Shown: positions 1 through 9,827 of the stretch, one piece after another
How positions within the stretch are numbered: the first letter of the stretch is position 1
How the letters are laid out: each line of letters starts with the position of its first letter
DNA from: an uncultured Rubrivirga sp.
GTDB lineage: Bacteria > Actinomycetota > Actinomycetes > S36-B12
NCBI GenBank assembly: GCA_964634545.1
Contig: CAZWIW010000005.1
Coordinates: 1-58,971 of the forward strand
Direction of reading: 5' to 3'
DNA: 58,971 nt
Made by a program: the position numbers and the translations under genes
The notes under the pieces: generated by a model
The model's database searches: none
Seen by the model: the letters and a program-made list of their open reading frames with translations, nothing else
Told to the model about the DNA's origin: nothing

Positions 1-8
1 GAACTCGC

Positions 9-1145
9 GTGCTCACCGCCCTGTCCGCAGCCGGAGTCCTCACCATTGCAGGTGGGGTTGTGATTGCGAGCACCATTTCGAGCTCCACTACGAGCACGGC
101 TGTGCAAGGCAACGACGCCGCCACCGCCCGGGCGAGCGTCCAGGTAGTGGCCGAACGCACGATCGCCCAGGACCTGACTAGTCCCTGGGGCCTGGCCTTC
201 CTACCCGATGGCTCGGCGCTGGTTTCCGAGCGCGATACCGCGCAGGTGCGCCGGATCCCGGCTCGATCCTCGGGGCTTCCCGCACAGAGCCTGACCCGCG
301 CGCCGGTGGTGGGCAAGGTCCCCGGAGTTCGCCCCGATGGCGAAGGTGGGCTGCTGGGGATCGCCGTCCCGGAAACGATCGGTGATGCTGATCCGACCTA
401 CCTCTTCGCCTACCTCACCGGCAAGCGGGACAACCGCGTGGTCCGCATCGAATGGGACGGGCGCAGGCTCGGTAAGCAGACCCCGATTCTCACCGGCATC
501 CCCAAAGCGAGTTACCACAATGGCGGGCGCATCATCACCGGACCGAATCGGACTTTGTTCGTCGCAACCGGTGATGCAGGTGACCCCGACCTCAGCCAGG
601 ACGAAGATTCCCTCGCGGGCAAGGTCTTGCGTATCGACTACCGCGGAAACCCCGCGCCCGGAAACCCCTTCGAAGACTCCCCCGTTTACACCCTGGGGCA
701 CCGCAACGTCCAAGGACTCGCCTTCGACGACGACGGCCGACTCTGGGCCACCGAGTTCGGCACCAGGAAGGCCGATGAGTTGAACCTGTTGCGCCCCGGA
801 CGCAACTACGGCTGGCCGATCGTGGAAGGTCGCAGCAACAACCCGCGCTTCACCAATCCGAAGGTCACCTGGGAACCGACGTCCACCGCCTCACCAAGCG
901 GCATGACGATCACCGACGATGCCGCTTACGTGGCCAGCCTGCGCGGCGAGGTGCTGTGGCGGGTCCCCCTCGATGGGGCTCGGGCTGGTAAACCGCAGAA
1001 GGTGGACATCGGCGAAGGTAACCGGCTGCGCACGATCGAGGTGGCACCCGATGGACGCGTATGGCTGGCCACGAGCAATACCGACGGCCGAGGGGATCCC
1101 GGTCCGCGCGATGACCGCATCGTGAGTTTCCGGCTCGAGGACTAG
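9..1145 (+). CDS. PQQ-dependent sugar (glucose/sorbosone) dehydrogenase, exported or anchored; the 5' end may lie beyond the window
   Basis: 378-aa ORF with beta-propeller sugar dehydrogenase motifs GLLGIA, HNGGR, GHRNVQGLAFD and NYGWP. Hydrophobic N-terminus. The frame stays open to position 1, so the GTG at 9 is provisional. Confidence 0.8.
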   Translation: MLTALSAAGVLTIAGGVVIASTISSSTTSTAVQGNDAATARASVQVVAERTIAQDLTSPWGLAFLPDGSALVSERDTAQVRRIPARSSGLPAQSLTRAPVVGKVPGVRPDGEGGLLGIAVPETIGDADPTYLFAYLTGKRDNRVVRIEWDGRRLGKQTPILTGIPKASYHNGGRIITGPNRTLFVATGDAGDPDLSQDEDSLAGKVLRIDYRGNPAPGNPFEDSPVYTLGHRNVQGLAFDDDGRLWATEFGTRKADELNLLRPGRNYGWPIVEGRSNNPRFTNPKVTWEPTSTASPSGMTITDDAAYVASLRGEVLWRVPLDGARAGKPQKVDIGEGNRLRTIEVAPDGRVWLATSNTDGRGDPGPRDDRIVSFRLED

Positions 1146-1160
1146 CAACGCTGCCGGTTA

Positions 1161-1964
1161 CTACCCATCGGTGCCGGTTCGCCGTACCCCGGCGGCGAAG
1201 GACACCAACTGCTTCGTCACTTCCGCTGGATTCTCGATCGCCGAAAGGTGACCGGCGCGCGATACCTTCGCGTCACGGACATCGGGCAACGCCTCCAGCA
1301 TGAGTCGTTGCTCGGAGTCGTCGGACATGGTGTCTTCCTCACCCCACAGCACCAGCGCGGGGATTTCACATTCGGTGAGCGTGGTCAGCGAATCCGGCCG
1401 CGCCGCCATGGCCTGTTGGTACCAAGCCACAGTCTGCGCCGACACCGCATCCATCCACGCTGCCACGCGCGCCAGCACGTCGGGGCGTTCACCGCGAGTG
1501 GTGACCCCGACGATCCCTTCGAGCATGCGCTCGCGCAGGATCACACCCGTGCGCGCTGGATCGGCCGACACACTCTCCGCCATCGCAAGTCGCCCACTGC
1601 GGGCCTCTGGTCCGTCTGCCGTCCCTTTGGTGTCACACAATGCGATTCCCGCGAGCATCTCCGGGTACCTACGTAGCCACTCCATGACGAGGTAGCCGCC
1701 CACGGACAATCCACCGACAACCAACCGATCGACGCCCATTTCGAGTAGGTCGGCGACGATCAGGTCGACGACGGCGCTGAGCGCAGGCTCACCATCGGGC
1801 AGGGGGCTGGCGCCGAACCCGGGTAGGTCCGGAACCAGCACCCGCCAGCCGTCTTCCACGAGACCGGATACCTGCGCATCCCACATTCGGTGATCGCACG
1901 GGAAAGCATGCAGCAGCGCCACCACCGGCCCGGCACCTGTATCGCTCCAGGCGGCCCTGGTCAC
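1161..1964 (-). CDS. alpha/beta-fold hydrolase
   Basis: 267-aa ORF with nucleophile elbow GLSVGG and a typical HAFPCD/PDLPGFG N-terminal region. GTGA start/stop overlap with the upstream gene. Confidence 0.75.
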   Translation of the reverse strand: MTRAAWSDTGAGPVVALLHAFPCDHRMWDAQVSGLVEDGWRVLVPDLPGFGASPLPDGEPALSAVVDLIVADLLEMGVDRLVVGGLSVGGYLVMEWLRRYPEMLAGIALCDTKGTADGPEARSGRLAMAESVSADPARTGVILRERMLEGIVGVTTRGERPDVLARVAAWMDAVSAQTVAWYQQAMAARPDSLTTLTECEIPALVLWGEEDTMSDDSEQRLMLEALPDVRDAKVSRAGHLSAIENPAEVTKQLVSFAAGVRRTGTDG

Positions 1965-2722
1965 AGGTCACTCCAACGCTCCATCGGACCCTCCCAGGTG
2001 GTCGGCAAGGGAGGGCTTCCCGGCAAGACTTCGGCCACGATCCGATTAAGCAGGTCGGCGACGAACCGCTCCCCCACCCACAGGTGTTTGGCCTCCGGCA
2101 CCGGAACGACGCGGATCCTCGGCGCCACGGCGAAGGCTTCGCGGGCCGCTTCCGGTTGCAGGAAGTCGTCGTACTCCGGAACGAACGCCACCACCTCACG
2201 CGGTGAGTCCTGCCACGCGCTCAGTTCCTCGGCCGTCGTGAATCGCAACGGCGGGCTGAGAAGTAGCGCCCCGCGCACTGGTTCGAGATCGCCATGCTTA
2301 AGGACCACGTCGGTACCGAAAGACCACCCCAGCAACCAGATGTTCGGTAGGTCCTGACCGACCGCGTAATGGATTGCTGCCCGTAGGTCTCGGCCCTCGC
2401 CCCGAGCTTCGTCGAAGGCGCCTTCACTGGTTCCCGCTTGGCTGGTAGATCCGCGGGTGTTGAAACGCAACACCGCGATGTCCGCGAGCGCGGGTAGGCG
2501 CCAGGCCATCTTGCGCAGCACGTGCGAGTCCATCATGCCGCCGTGCGTGGGCAGCGGATGCACACAGATGATCGTGGCCTTCGGTTCCGCCGACTCCGGC
2601 AGCGCCAACTCGCCGACGAGGCGCAAACCATCTGAGGTCTGCAATCGCAGCGGGAGGCGCTGGGCGGGCAACACCGAATTAGCGGTGATCTCGGTGACCG
2701 GGTGCATCGCATTGGGGTTCAT
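1961..2722 (-). CDS. alpha/beta-fold hydrolase (second paralog-type)
   Basis: ORF 1961..2758 with GWSFG nucleophile elbow. I prefer the ATG at 2722, which forms an ATGA overlap with the stop of the upstream Zn-ribbon gene; the longer start at 2758 is possible. Confidence 0.7.
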   Translation of the reverse strand: MNPNAMHPVTEITANSVLPAQRLPLRLQTSDGLRLVGELALPESAEPKATIICVHPLPTHGGMMDSHVLRKMAWRLPALADIAVLRFNTRGSTSQAGTSEGAFDEARGEGRDLRAAIHYAVGQDLPNIWLLGWSFGTDVVLKHGDLEPVRGALLLSPPLRFTTAEELSAWQDSPREVVAFVPEYDDFLQPEAAREAFAVAPRIRVVPVPEAKHLWVGERFVADLLNRIVAEVLPGSPPLPTTWEGPMERWSDL

Positions 2723-3003
2723 CGCACCGGCTTTCGCCGACCGCGCGCTTGCCAGCAAGGGGTATGCCAGTGGCGGCGATCCTCCGCACCGCTTGGGTCA
2801 TCGGCACTCCAGGCGACGATGTGGGGGGTCGCCGGACGGATCTCGTGATCACACCCCGGGCACCGGTACGTCTTGGTGGACGAGGATCCCGTCAGCGAAC
2901 GCACATACCAATCACCATCAGCGTGCGATTCCATGCGCGGCCCGGCCGGCGCCGAGGCGCGCGCCGGCCCAGCTTCGTCCTTGCGTCGGTTCTTGCGTCC
3001 CAT
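2719..3003 (-). CDS. small conserved Zn-ribbon protein (CPGC...HTPC)
   Basis: 94-aa ORF with a basic N-terminus and a CxxC plus H..C pair (YRCPGCDHEI ... HWHTPCW). Tightly packed, 5 nt after the upstream stop, and coupled to the downstream hydrolase. Confidence 0.6.
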   Translation of the reverse strand: MGRKNRRKDEAGPARASAPAGPRMESHADGDWYVRSLTGSSSTKTYRCPGCDHEIRPATPHIVAWSADDPSGAEDRRHWHTPCWQARGRRKPVR

Positions 3004-3008
3004 CGGGG

Positions 3009-4784
3009 CTAAGCGTAGGAGCGGAACCCCCGGCCAGCCTTACGGCCGGTGTATCCGGCGGTGACGAGATGCTCCAGCCAGGGCGCGGGCGCGAAGCCAG
3101 GTTCCCGGAACTCCCGGTAGAGCGTTTGTTGGATCGCGAGGGAAACATCAAGACCGACGACGTCCAGGAGTTCGAACGGCCCCATCGGGTAGCCGCAGCC
3201 GAGTTTCATCGCGGTGTCGATGTCTTCGGTGCCGGCATAGTTGCCCTCGGCCATCTTGATGGCGTCGTTGAGGTACGGGAAGAGCAGCGCGTTGACGATG
3301 AAGCCAGCGCGATCTCCACACCGCACACCGACTTTGCCGATCCGGTCGACCAACTGCTCGGCGGTGGCGATCACGTCCGGGGCGGTGGCGACGGTATCGA
3401 CGATCTCGACCAACTTCATCACCGGCGCAGGGTTGAAGAAGTGCAATCCGACGACATCCGCCGGACGAGAGGTCACCGCCGCAAGGTCCACGACCGGCAG
3501 CGATGAGGTGGTGGTGGCCAAGATCGCGCCTGGCTTACAGATCTCGTCCAGGTTCTCGAACAATGCCGTCTTCACGTCGAGTTCCTCGATGACGGCTTCA
3601 AGGACCATGTCCACGTTCGCGAGGTCCTCGAGTTGCGTAGTGCCCTGGATCCGGGCGCGTGCCTCGTCGGCAGCCGATTGCTCCAACTTGCCGCGCTGCA
3701 CAGCCTTTTCCAGGCTGCGGTCGATGGCGCCGATTACCTTCGTGACCTTCTCACCGGAACGCGCCACGAAGGTGACCGGGATCTTTGCTTTGGCGAACAC
3801 TTCGATGATTCCGGTGGCCATCGTCCCCGAGCCCACGACACCGACCGAGTCGATCGATCGAGACGCCGCTGTCTGCGCTGAGGCGTCATCTCCCTGGGCA
3901 TCGGCGACGGTTTCCGGTGAGTCGGGCTCGGCGTAGGTGTAGAAGCCTCGACCGGTCTTCCGACCTTTCAAGCCCGCGGTGATCATGTGCTTGAGGATCG
4001 GGCTCGGTGCATGCAGCCGATCACGGCCTTCTCGGTACATCGTGTCGAGGATCTGGTAGGCGGTATCCAGACCAATGAGGTCCAGCAACGCCAATGGCCC
4101 CATCGGAAGCCCACAGCCCAAGCGCATCGCGGTGTCGATGTCTTCACGGGTGGCGTACTTCTGTTCGTACATCGAAGCCGCATGGTTCAGGTAGCCGAAC
4201 AACAGGCTGTTGGCGATGAAACCCGCCTTGTCATCGCAGATAACGACCTCTTTGCCGAGTGACTGCGCGAAGGCCTGGACTTGGGCAACGACATCGTCGT
4301 CGGTAACGACGGTTCGCACCACCTCCACAAAATCCTGGACCGGCGCCGGGTTGAAGAAGTGCAAACCAACCAGGCGCGCAGGATTGCTCACCGCCGTGGA
4401 AATCTCGGTAACCGACAGCGATGACGTGTTCGTACACCAAATAACGTGATCGGGCACAAGTCCGTCGAGTTGGGCAAAGACATCACGCTTCAACTGAAGG
4501 TCCTCGGTGACCGCCTCGATGACAAGATCGGCGGTGACACACTCTTGGATGTTGGTTGCGTACGTGATGTTGGCAAGGGCTGCGTTGCGCTCCTCGCCGG
4601 TCATCTTCCCACCGCTCACCGCACGCTCCGTCGAAGCCTCGATACGCAAGCGGGCCTGATCGAGTATGTCGTCGTCGACGTCGATGCCACGCACCGAGAA
4701 GCCGTGCCGCGCCAACACCTCGGCGATTCCGATTCCCATGGTGCCCATGCCGATGACGGCTACTGTTCGAATTTCAATCCCCAT
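3009..4784 (-). CDS. 3-hydroxyacyl-CoA dehydrogenase, tandem duplicated (two complete NAD-binding plus C-terminal modules)
   Basis: 591-aa ORF with two Rossmann motifs (VAVIGMGTMGIGIA and VGVVGSGTMATGII). Each is followed by a HFFNPAP signature and a C-terminal GFIxNxLL / GCGxPMGP module. Confidence 0.85.
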   Translation of the reverse strand: MGIEIRTVAVIGMGTMGIGIAEVLARHGFSVRGIDVDDDILDQARLRIEASTERAVSGGKMTGEERNAALANITYATNIQECVTADLVIEAVTEDLQLKRDVFAQLDGLVPDHVIWCTNTSSLSVTEISTAVSNPARLVGLHFFNPAPVQDFVEVVRTVVTDDDVVAQVQAFAQSLGKEVVICDDKAGFIANSLLFGYLNHAASMYEQKYATREDIDTAMRLGCGLPMGPLALLDLIGLDTAYQILDTMYREGRDRLHAPSPILKHMITAGLKGRKTGRGFYTYAEPDSPETVADAQGDDASAQTAASRSIDSVGVVGSGTMATGIIEVFAKAKIPVTFVARSGEKVTKVIGAIDRSLEKAVQRGKLEQSAADEARARIQGTTQLEDLANVDMVLEAVIEELDVKTALFENLDEICKPGAILATTTSSLPVVDLAAVTSRPADVVGLHFFNPAPVMKLVEIVDTVATAPDVIATAEQLVDRIGKVGVRCGDRAGFIVNALLFPYLNDAIKMAEGNYAGTEDIDTAMKLGCGYPMGPFELLDVVGLDVSLAIQQTLYREFREPGFAPAPWLEHLVTAGYTGRKAGRGFRSYA

Positions 4785-4803
4785 CAGGGCAGTGTGCCAA
4801 ACC

Positions 4804-5493
4804 TCAGAACAGCCGAAGGCTGGAATCCGAAGTTCCCTTGAGTTCCTCGTAGTCGACCACCAAGCACCGGATCCCCCGATCGTGGGCCAAAGTCTTGGCC
4901 TGCGGCTTGATCTCCTGGGCTGCGAACACCCCGGAGACGGGAGCTAGGAGCGGATCTCGATTGAGCAACTCCAGGTAGCGACTGAGTTGCTCCACGCCGT
5001 CGATCTCGCCGCGACGCTTGATTTCGACCGCCACCGTTGACCCATCAGCGTCGCGACACAGCAGGTCGACCGGCCCGATCGCCGTCGGGAACTCACGCCG
5101 CACGAGCGTCCAGCCGGGACCGAAGGACTCCACATGCTCGGCCAACAGCTTTTGCAGATGGGCCTCGACACCATCCTTGACCAGCCCCGGGTCGGTGCCG
5201 AGATCGTGCTGGGAATCATGGATGACCTCGTGCACCGTGATGGTCAAGCGCTCCTGCGCCTTGTTGTGCACAACCCAGGTCGTGACGCCTTCGCCTTCGC
5301 GTTCACTTTCGCTGGGAAGTTCTTCTACCCAGCAGGGCGGCGACATCCAATTCAGCGGCTTGTAGGAGCCGCCATCAGCGTGCACGAGCACCGATCCATC
5401 GGCCTTGACCATGATCAGCCGCACCGCTTCGGGAAGATGCGCCGTCAAGCGCCCCTGGTAATCGACCGTGCAGCGGGCCACGAGCAAACGCAC
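4804..5493 (-). CDS. nucS: endonuclease NucS (EndoMS), non-canonical mismatch repair nuclease
   Basis: 229-aa ORF. N-terminus [16 protein letters not shown]...[14 protein letters not shown] and C-terminal RecB-like motif [17 protein letters not shown] are typical NucS. Confidence 0.9.
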   Translation of the reverse strand: MRLLVARCTVDYQGRLTAHLPEAVRLIMVKADGSVLVHADGGSYKPLNWMSPPCWVEELPSESEREGEGVTTWVVHNKAQERLTITVHEVIHDSQHDLGTDPGLVKDGVEAHLQKLLAEHVESFGPGWTLVRREFPTAIGPVDLLCRDADGSTVAVEIKRRGEIDGVEQLSRYLELLNRDPLLAPVSGVFAAQEIKPQAKTLAHDRGIRCLVVDYEELKGTSDSSLRLF

Positions 5494-5502
5494 TGCGCCA
5501 CC

Positions 5503-7488
5503 CTACGCGGCCAGCAGATCTACCACTTTGTCCAAGATGATGGCTACGTCGTAGTCCTTGGGAGTGAAGACCGCCGCTACTCCCTGCTCACGAAGCCACG
5601 TCGCATCCTCCGCCGGGATGATGCCGCCGACAACGAGCGGGATATCCGAAGCTCCCGCCGCCGCTAGCCCCTCGAGAACAGCGGGCACCAACGTGCGGTG
5701 CGAGCCAGACAAGATGGATAGCCCGATGACATCGACGTCCTCGGCGACGGCGGCATCGACGATCTGCTCGGGGCTGAGCCGGATGCCCTGGTAGATGACC
5801 TCGAAGCCAGCATCGCGGGCCCGGACGGCGATCTGTTCGGCCCCGTTGGAATGGCCGTCGAGCCCGGGCTTGCCCACCAGGAACCGGAAAGGTCGCCCGC
5901 GCTGGGTCGACAGGTCACGAACGCGCGCTGCCACCTGGGAGATGCCGGTTCCGGACTCACCTCGGGGGACGATGGCTGGAGTCGCATCGATGCCGGTGGG
6001 TGCTCGGTATTCACCGAACGCCTCGCGCAGGGCTGCTGCCCACTCACCGGTCGTGACGCCGGCACGGGCACACGTCAAGGTCGGGGTCATCAAATCCGCC
6101 TCACCGACCGCGGCCTCGGCTAGCCCTTGCAGGGCTTGGGCGACCGCCTCGTCGGAGCGCTCCTCGCGCCAGCGCACCAAGCTCTCCACCGCCTCGGCTT
6201 CAACCTCCGGGTCGACTACATAGACCGCGTTCTCACCTTCGATCTGCAAAGGACTCGGCTCGCTGAGTTCGAAGGCGTTCAAGCCGACCACAACATCGTC
6301 ACCCGATTCGATCCGCGCCCGGCGTTCGGTGAGCGAAGCCACGAGTTGCTGTTTCATGTATCCGGACTCCACGGCAACCACCGCGCCACCCATCTCCAAG
6401 ACGGTGTCGAGTTCGGCCGTTGCGTCGTGGACTATCTGATCGACTTTGGCCTGCACCACGGGTGATCCAGCGAAGAGGTCCTCGTACTCGAGCAGATCCG
6501 TCTCATAGGCGAGCACCTGCTGCATGCGAAGGGACCATTGCTGATCCCAGGGCCGTGGGAGGCCAAGGGCTTCGTTCCATGCCGGCAACTGAACCGCACG
6601 CGCACGAGCATCCTTGGACAACGTGACAGCGAGCATCTCCAACATGATGCGATAGACGTTGTTCTCCGGTTGCGCTTCGGACAGCCCCAGCGAGTTGACC
6701 TGCACCCCATAACGGAAGCGTCGTTGCTTGGCATCTTCCACTCCGTACCGCTCCCGGGTGATGGTGTCCCACATCTGCACGAAGGCGCGCATCTTGCACA
6801 TTTCCTCGACGAACCGGACACCGGCGTTGACGAAGAAGGACATCCGGGCAACCACTGCACCGAATTCCTCGTCGGGAACCACTCCACGTGCGCGAACTCG
6901 GTCCAGCACTTCGATCGCCGTGGCCATGGCGTAGGCGATCTCCTGCGTGGGCGTGGCGCCGGCTTCTTGCAGGTGATAGCTACAGATATTGATCGGATTC
7001 CACTTGGGTATCTCGCGAACGGAGTACACGATGGTGTCGGTGATCAAGCGCAAACTCGGTTCCGGAGGAAAGGCGTACGTGCCGCGGCTCAGGTACTCCT
7101 TGATGATGTCGTTCTGCGTGGTCCCCTGAAGTTGCCCCGGTTCGGCGCCCTGCTCTTCGGCAGCGACAACGTAGAGCGCTAGCAGCCACATGGCCGTGGC
7201 GTTGATCGTCATGGAGGTGTTCATCTGCGCGAGAGGAATCTGGTCGAACAACCGGCGCATGTCGCCGAGATGGGCGATCGGCACCCCGACCTTGCCCACT
7301 TCGCCAGCAGCCATCGCCGAATCCGGGTCATACCCGGTTTGGGTGGGTAGATCGAAGGCCACCGACAGCCCCGTTTGCCCCTTGGCCAGGTTGCGCCGGA
7401 ACAACTCGTTGGTCGCCGAGGCCGAGGAGTGGCCTGCGTACGTGCGCATCAGCCACGGCCGATCGCGTCCCTCCGGAGCATCCGTCAC
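5503..7488 (-). CDS. meaA: B12-dependent acyl-CoA mutase, fused catalytic plus cobalamin-binding domains (MeaA / ethylmalonyl-CoA mutase-like)
   Basis: 661-aa ORF. N-terminus RPWLMRTYAGHSSA...GLSVAFDLPTQTGYD is typical of the MeaA/Ecm clade. The C-terminal B12-binding domain carries GLDGHSNG (DxHxxG-type). Confidence 0.75.
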   Translation of the reverse strand: MTDAPEGRDRPWLMRTYAGHSSASATNELFRRNLAKGQTGLSVAFDLPTQTGYDPDSAMAAGEVGKVGVPIAHLGDMRRLFDQIPLAQMNTSMTINATAMWLLALYVVAAEEQGAEPGQLQGTTQNDIIKEYLSRGTYAFPPEPSLRLITDTIVYSVREIPKWNPINICSYHLQEAGATPTQEIAYAMATAIEVLDRVRARGVVPDEEFGAVVARMSFFVNAGVRFVEEMCKMRAFVQMWDTITRERYGVEDAKQRRFRYGVQVNSLGLSEAQPENNVYRIMLEMLAVTLSKDARARAVQLPAWNEALGLPRPWDQQWSLRMQQVLAYETDLLEYEDLFAGSPVVQAKVDQIVHDATAELDTVLEMGGAVVAVESGYMKQQLVASLTERRARIESGDDVVVGLNAFELSEPSPLQIEGENAVYVVDPEVEAEAVESLVRWREERSDEAVAQALQGLAEAAVGEADLMTPTLTCARAGVTTGEWAAALREAFGEYRAPTGIDATPAIVPRGESGTGISQVAARVRDLSTQRGRPFRFLVGKPGLDGHSNGAEQIAVRARDAGFEVIYQGIRLSPEQIVDAAVAEDVDVIGLSILSGSHRTLVPAVLEGLAAAGASDIPLVVGGIIPAEDATWLREQGVAAVFTPKDYDVAIILDKVVDLLAA

Positions 7489-7555
7489 GCCCCCAGGGTA
7501 CGAGGCGGGCGAACTTGAGGTGGCGGATTGGCGGTGAGCAGGCCACCATTGCGCT

Positions 7556-7873
7556 GTGGCCGGCTCCTTCTCCTACATCTTCGGGCCCGTTGTTGCCCTG
7601 GTGGCTATCGGGGTGCTGGTCGTCATTTTGCGGTGGGCCTTCAGTGCGAAGAAGACCTCGGTAGTGGCGGCAGCGTCCAAGCCGGGAGCCGAGGACCAGT
7701 ACGGGATGCTGACGCCGATCGCATCACCGGCCACCTACATCGACGGCGAGATGCTCCGCCGCCGGCTAGAGGAGGCCGGAATCCGCGCGAACTTGGCCAG
7801 CACCCTCGACGGTCCCCGGGTGATGGTGTGGCCGAAGGACGAACAGCGGGCGCGCGAAGTCCTTACGCACTGA
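7556..7873 (+). CDS. small membrane-anchored hypothetical protein
   Basis: 105-aa ORF with GTG start and one N-terminal TM helix ([20 protein letters not shown]). Its 3' end overlaps the convergent murA end by 11 nt. Confidence 0.5.
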   Translation: MAGSFSYIFGPVVALVAIGVLVVILRWAFSAKKTSVVAAASKPGAEDQYGMLTPIASPATYIDGEMLRRRLEEAGIRANLASTLDGPRVMVWPKDEQRAREVLTH

Positions 7874-9143
7874 TCCGCTCGACGTCCGCGCCAAGCGTCC
7901 GAAGTTGCTCGGCCAACCCGGCATATCCGCGATCAAGATGACTAACCCCGTAGATCTCGGTTCGGCCCTCTGCCACCAACCCGGCTAGCACCAGGCCGGC
8001 GCCTGCCCGGATATCCGTAGCTTCCACGGGTGCGCCAGACAAGGCTGCCTTCCCGCGGATCAGTGCGTGGTGGCCGTCGGTGCGCACGTCGGCACCGAGC
8101 CGGGCTAGTTCACGCACGAAACGAAATCGCGCTTCGAATAGGTTCTCCGTAACCAACGCGGCGCCGTCGGCGACGGAATTCAAGGCGATGAACTGAGGTT
8201 GCAAGTCGGTGGGAAACCCCGGATAGGGCAATGTGACGATGTCCACGGCCTTGGGGCGCCCTTCCATCGTGATTCGAAACGCGCCATCTGCCGCCTGCAC
8301 ATCCGCCCCAGCAGTGTGGAGCTTGTCCAAAGCGATTCGAAGGTGCTCGGGATTTGCACCTTCGATCGTGATGTCGCCTCCGGTGATCGCTGCAGCCACT
8401 GCCCAGGTTCCCGCCACGATTCGATCGGGAACCACTCGGTGTTCGACCGGATGCAGGGATTCCACTCCCTCGATGCTCACCGTGGAGGTGCCGATCCCTT
8501 CGATGTGGGCACCCATGGCTACCAACATCGAACAGATGTCCACGATCTCCGGCTCCCGAGCCGCGTTGTCGATGATCGTGCAGCCATGTGCGCGTACCGC
8601 CGCCATGATCAGCGTCTCGGTGGCGCCGACACTCGGGAAGTCCAACCAGATGTGCGCCCCCTGAAGCCGCTGGGCTGTTGCGATCAGGTAGCCGTGTTCG
8701 TTCACGACCTGCGCACCCATGCGTTGCAGCCCGTCGATATGCAGGTCCAGTCCGCGAGAGCCGATGTTGTCTCCACCGGGAAGGGCGACGTCGGCTTCCC
8801 CGCACCGGGAGACAAGCGGCCCGAGCACACAGATGGAAGCTCGCATCTTGCGTACGAGGTCGTAATCGGCCCGGTAGTGGGGGCGTTCAGGCACGGTGAT
8901 CGTGACGGTGCCCGATTGCGGCTCTTGCTGGACATCGCAATCCAGCCGGCGCAGCAACTCGGACATGATCTCCACATCCACGATGTTCGGGACATTGGTG
9001 ATCGTCGTTGTGCCCTCGGCCAGCAGCGAGGCCGCCATCAACTTCAGAACGGAGTTCTTGGCTCCAGTGACGTGGACCGAACCGGAAAGTCGGCTACCGC
9101 CGACAACTGTGAGGGCCTCCACGCCCGAATGGTACGAGCGCAC
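7863..9143 (-). CDS. murA: UDP-N-acetylglucosamine 1-carboxyvinyltransferase
   Basis: 426-aa ORF with [18 protein letters not shown] near the N-terminus and MurA-like sequence throughout. The start could be the internal GTG at 9122. Confidence 0.9.
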   Translation of the reverse strand: MRSYHSGVEALTVVGGSRLSGSVHVTGAKNSVLKLMAASLLAEGTTTITNVPNIVDVEIMSELLRRLDCDVQQEPQSGTVTITVPERPHYRADYDLVRKMRASICVLGPLVSRCGEADVALPGGDNIGSRGLDLHIDGLQRMGAQVVNEHGYLIATAQRLQGAHIWLDFPSVGATETLIMAAVRAHGCTIIDNAAREPEIVDICSMLVAMGAHIEGIGTSTVSIEGVESLHPVEHRVVPDRIVAGTWAVAAAITGGDITIEGANPEHLRIALDKLHTAGADVQAADGAFRITMEGRPKAVDIVTLPYPGFPTDLQPQFIALNSVADGAALVTENLFEARFRFVRELARLGADVRTDGHHALIRGKAALSGAPVEATDIRAGAGLVLAGLVAEGRTEIYGVSHLDRGYAGLAEQLRTLGADVERISA

Positions 9144-9183
9144 GGTCGCTGCGGGATGGACCTCCCTGCCCTAGGGTCGTGGG

Positions 9184-9753
9184 ATGGTCAATCTCACGCG
9201 CATCTACACCCGCACCGGCGACGACGGCACCACCTCCTTAGGGGACATGAGCCGCACCGGCAAGAACGACCCCCGGCTGCGGGCCTACGCCGACGTCGAC
9301 GAGGCAAATTGCGCGATCGGGGTGGTCTTGGCTCAGGGGGGCCTCGATGACGAACTGCGAGCGCTACTGACCGCTATCCAAAATGACCTCTTCGATGTCG
9401 GCGCCGATCTGTGCACTCCGGTGGTCGAGGAACCCGAGCACCCCCCTTTGCGCATCACCGACACCTACATCGAGGCGATCGAAGCAGCCTGCGATGACTA
9501 CAACTCCCGCCTCGAGCCGCTGCGCTCCTTCGTCCTGCCGGGTGGGACGCCCGCCGCGGCGTACCTGCACGTTGCGCGCACCGTCGTGCGCCGCGCGGAG
9601 CGCAGCACGTGGGGCGCCCTGGACATGTACCACGGGGGCATGAACCCGCTGACCGCCACGTACCTGAATCGGCTCAGCGATCTGCTGTTCATCCTGGGCC
9701 GGATCGCCAACAACGGCGATGACATCCTCTGGCAACCCGGCGCCCGCTCCTAA
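9184..9753 (+). CDS. ATP:cob(I)alamin adenosyltransferase, PduO type
   Basis: 189-aa ORF. N-terminus IYTRTGDDGTTSL and the DVDEAN motif are hallmarks of the PduO/MMAB family. Confidence 0.85.
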   Translation: MVNLTRIYTRTGDDGTTSLGDMSRTGKNDPRLRAYADVDEANCAIGVVLAQGGLDDELRALLTAIQNDLFDVGADLCTPVVEEPEHPPLRITDTYIEAIEAACDDYNSRLEPLRSFVLPGGTPAAAYLHVARTVVRRAERSTWGALDMYHGGMNPLTATYLNRLSDLLFILGRIANNGDDILWQPGARS

Positions 9754-9769
9754 CCGTTTCCTCCAGCCT

Positions 9770-9796
9770 CTGGCGGATTGACCGTCAATCCGCCAG
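9770..9796. terminator. perfect 13-bp palindromic hairpin between convergent genes
   Basis: CTGGCGGATTGAC-C-GTCAATCCGCCAG lies 17 nt after the adenosyltransferase stop and 32 nt from the ferric-reductase gene stop. No clear U-tract on either strand. Confidence 0.5.
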
Positions 9797-9827
9797 GGCT
9801 GTCGGTGCTTGTGGGTTTTCGTCCACG

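Noticed and set aside
7489-7555. Cobalamin riboswitch upstream of the B12-dependent mutase (and 9144..9183 upstream of the adenosyltransferase)
   Set aside because: The gaps are only 67 nt and 40 nt, far shorter than a B12 aptamer, and no B12-box-like sequence is present.
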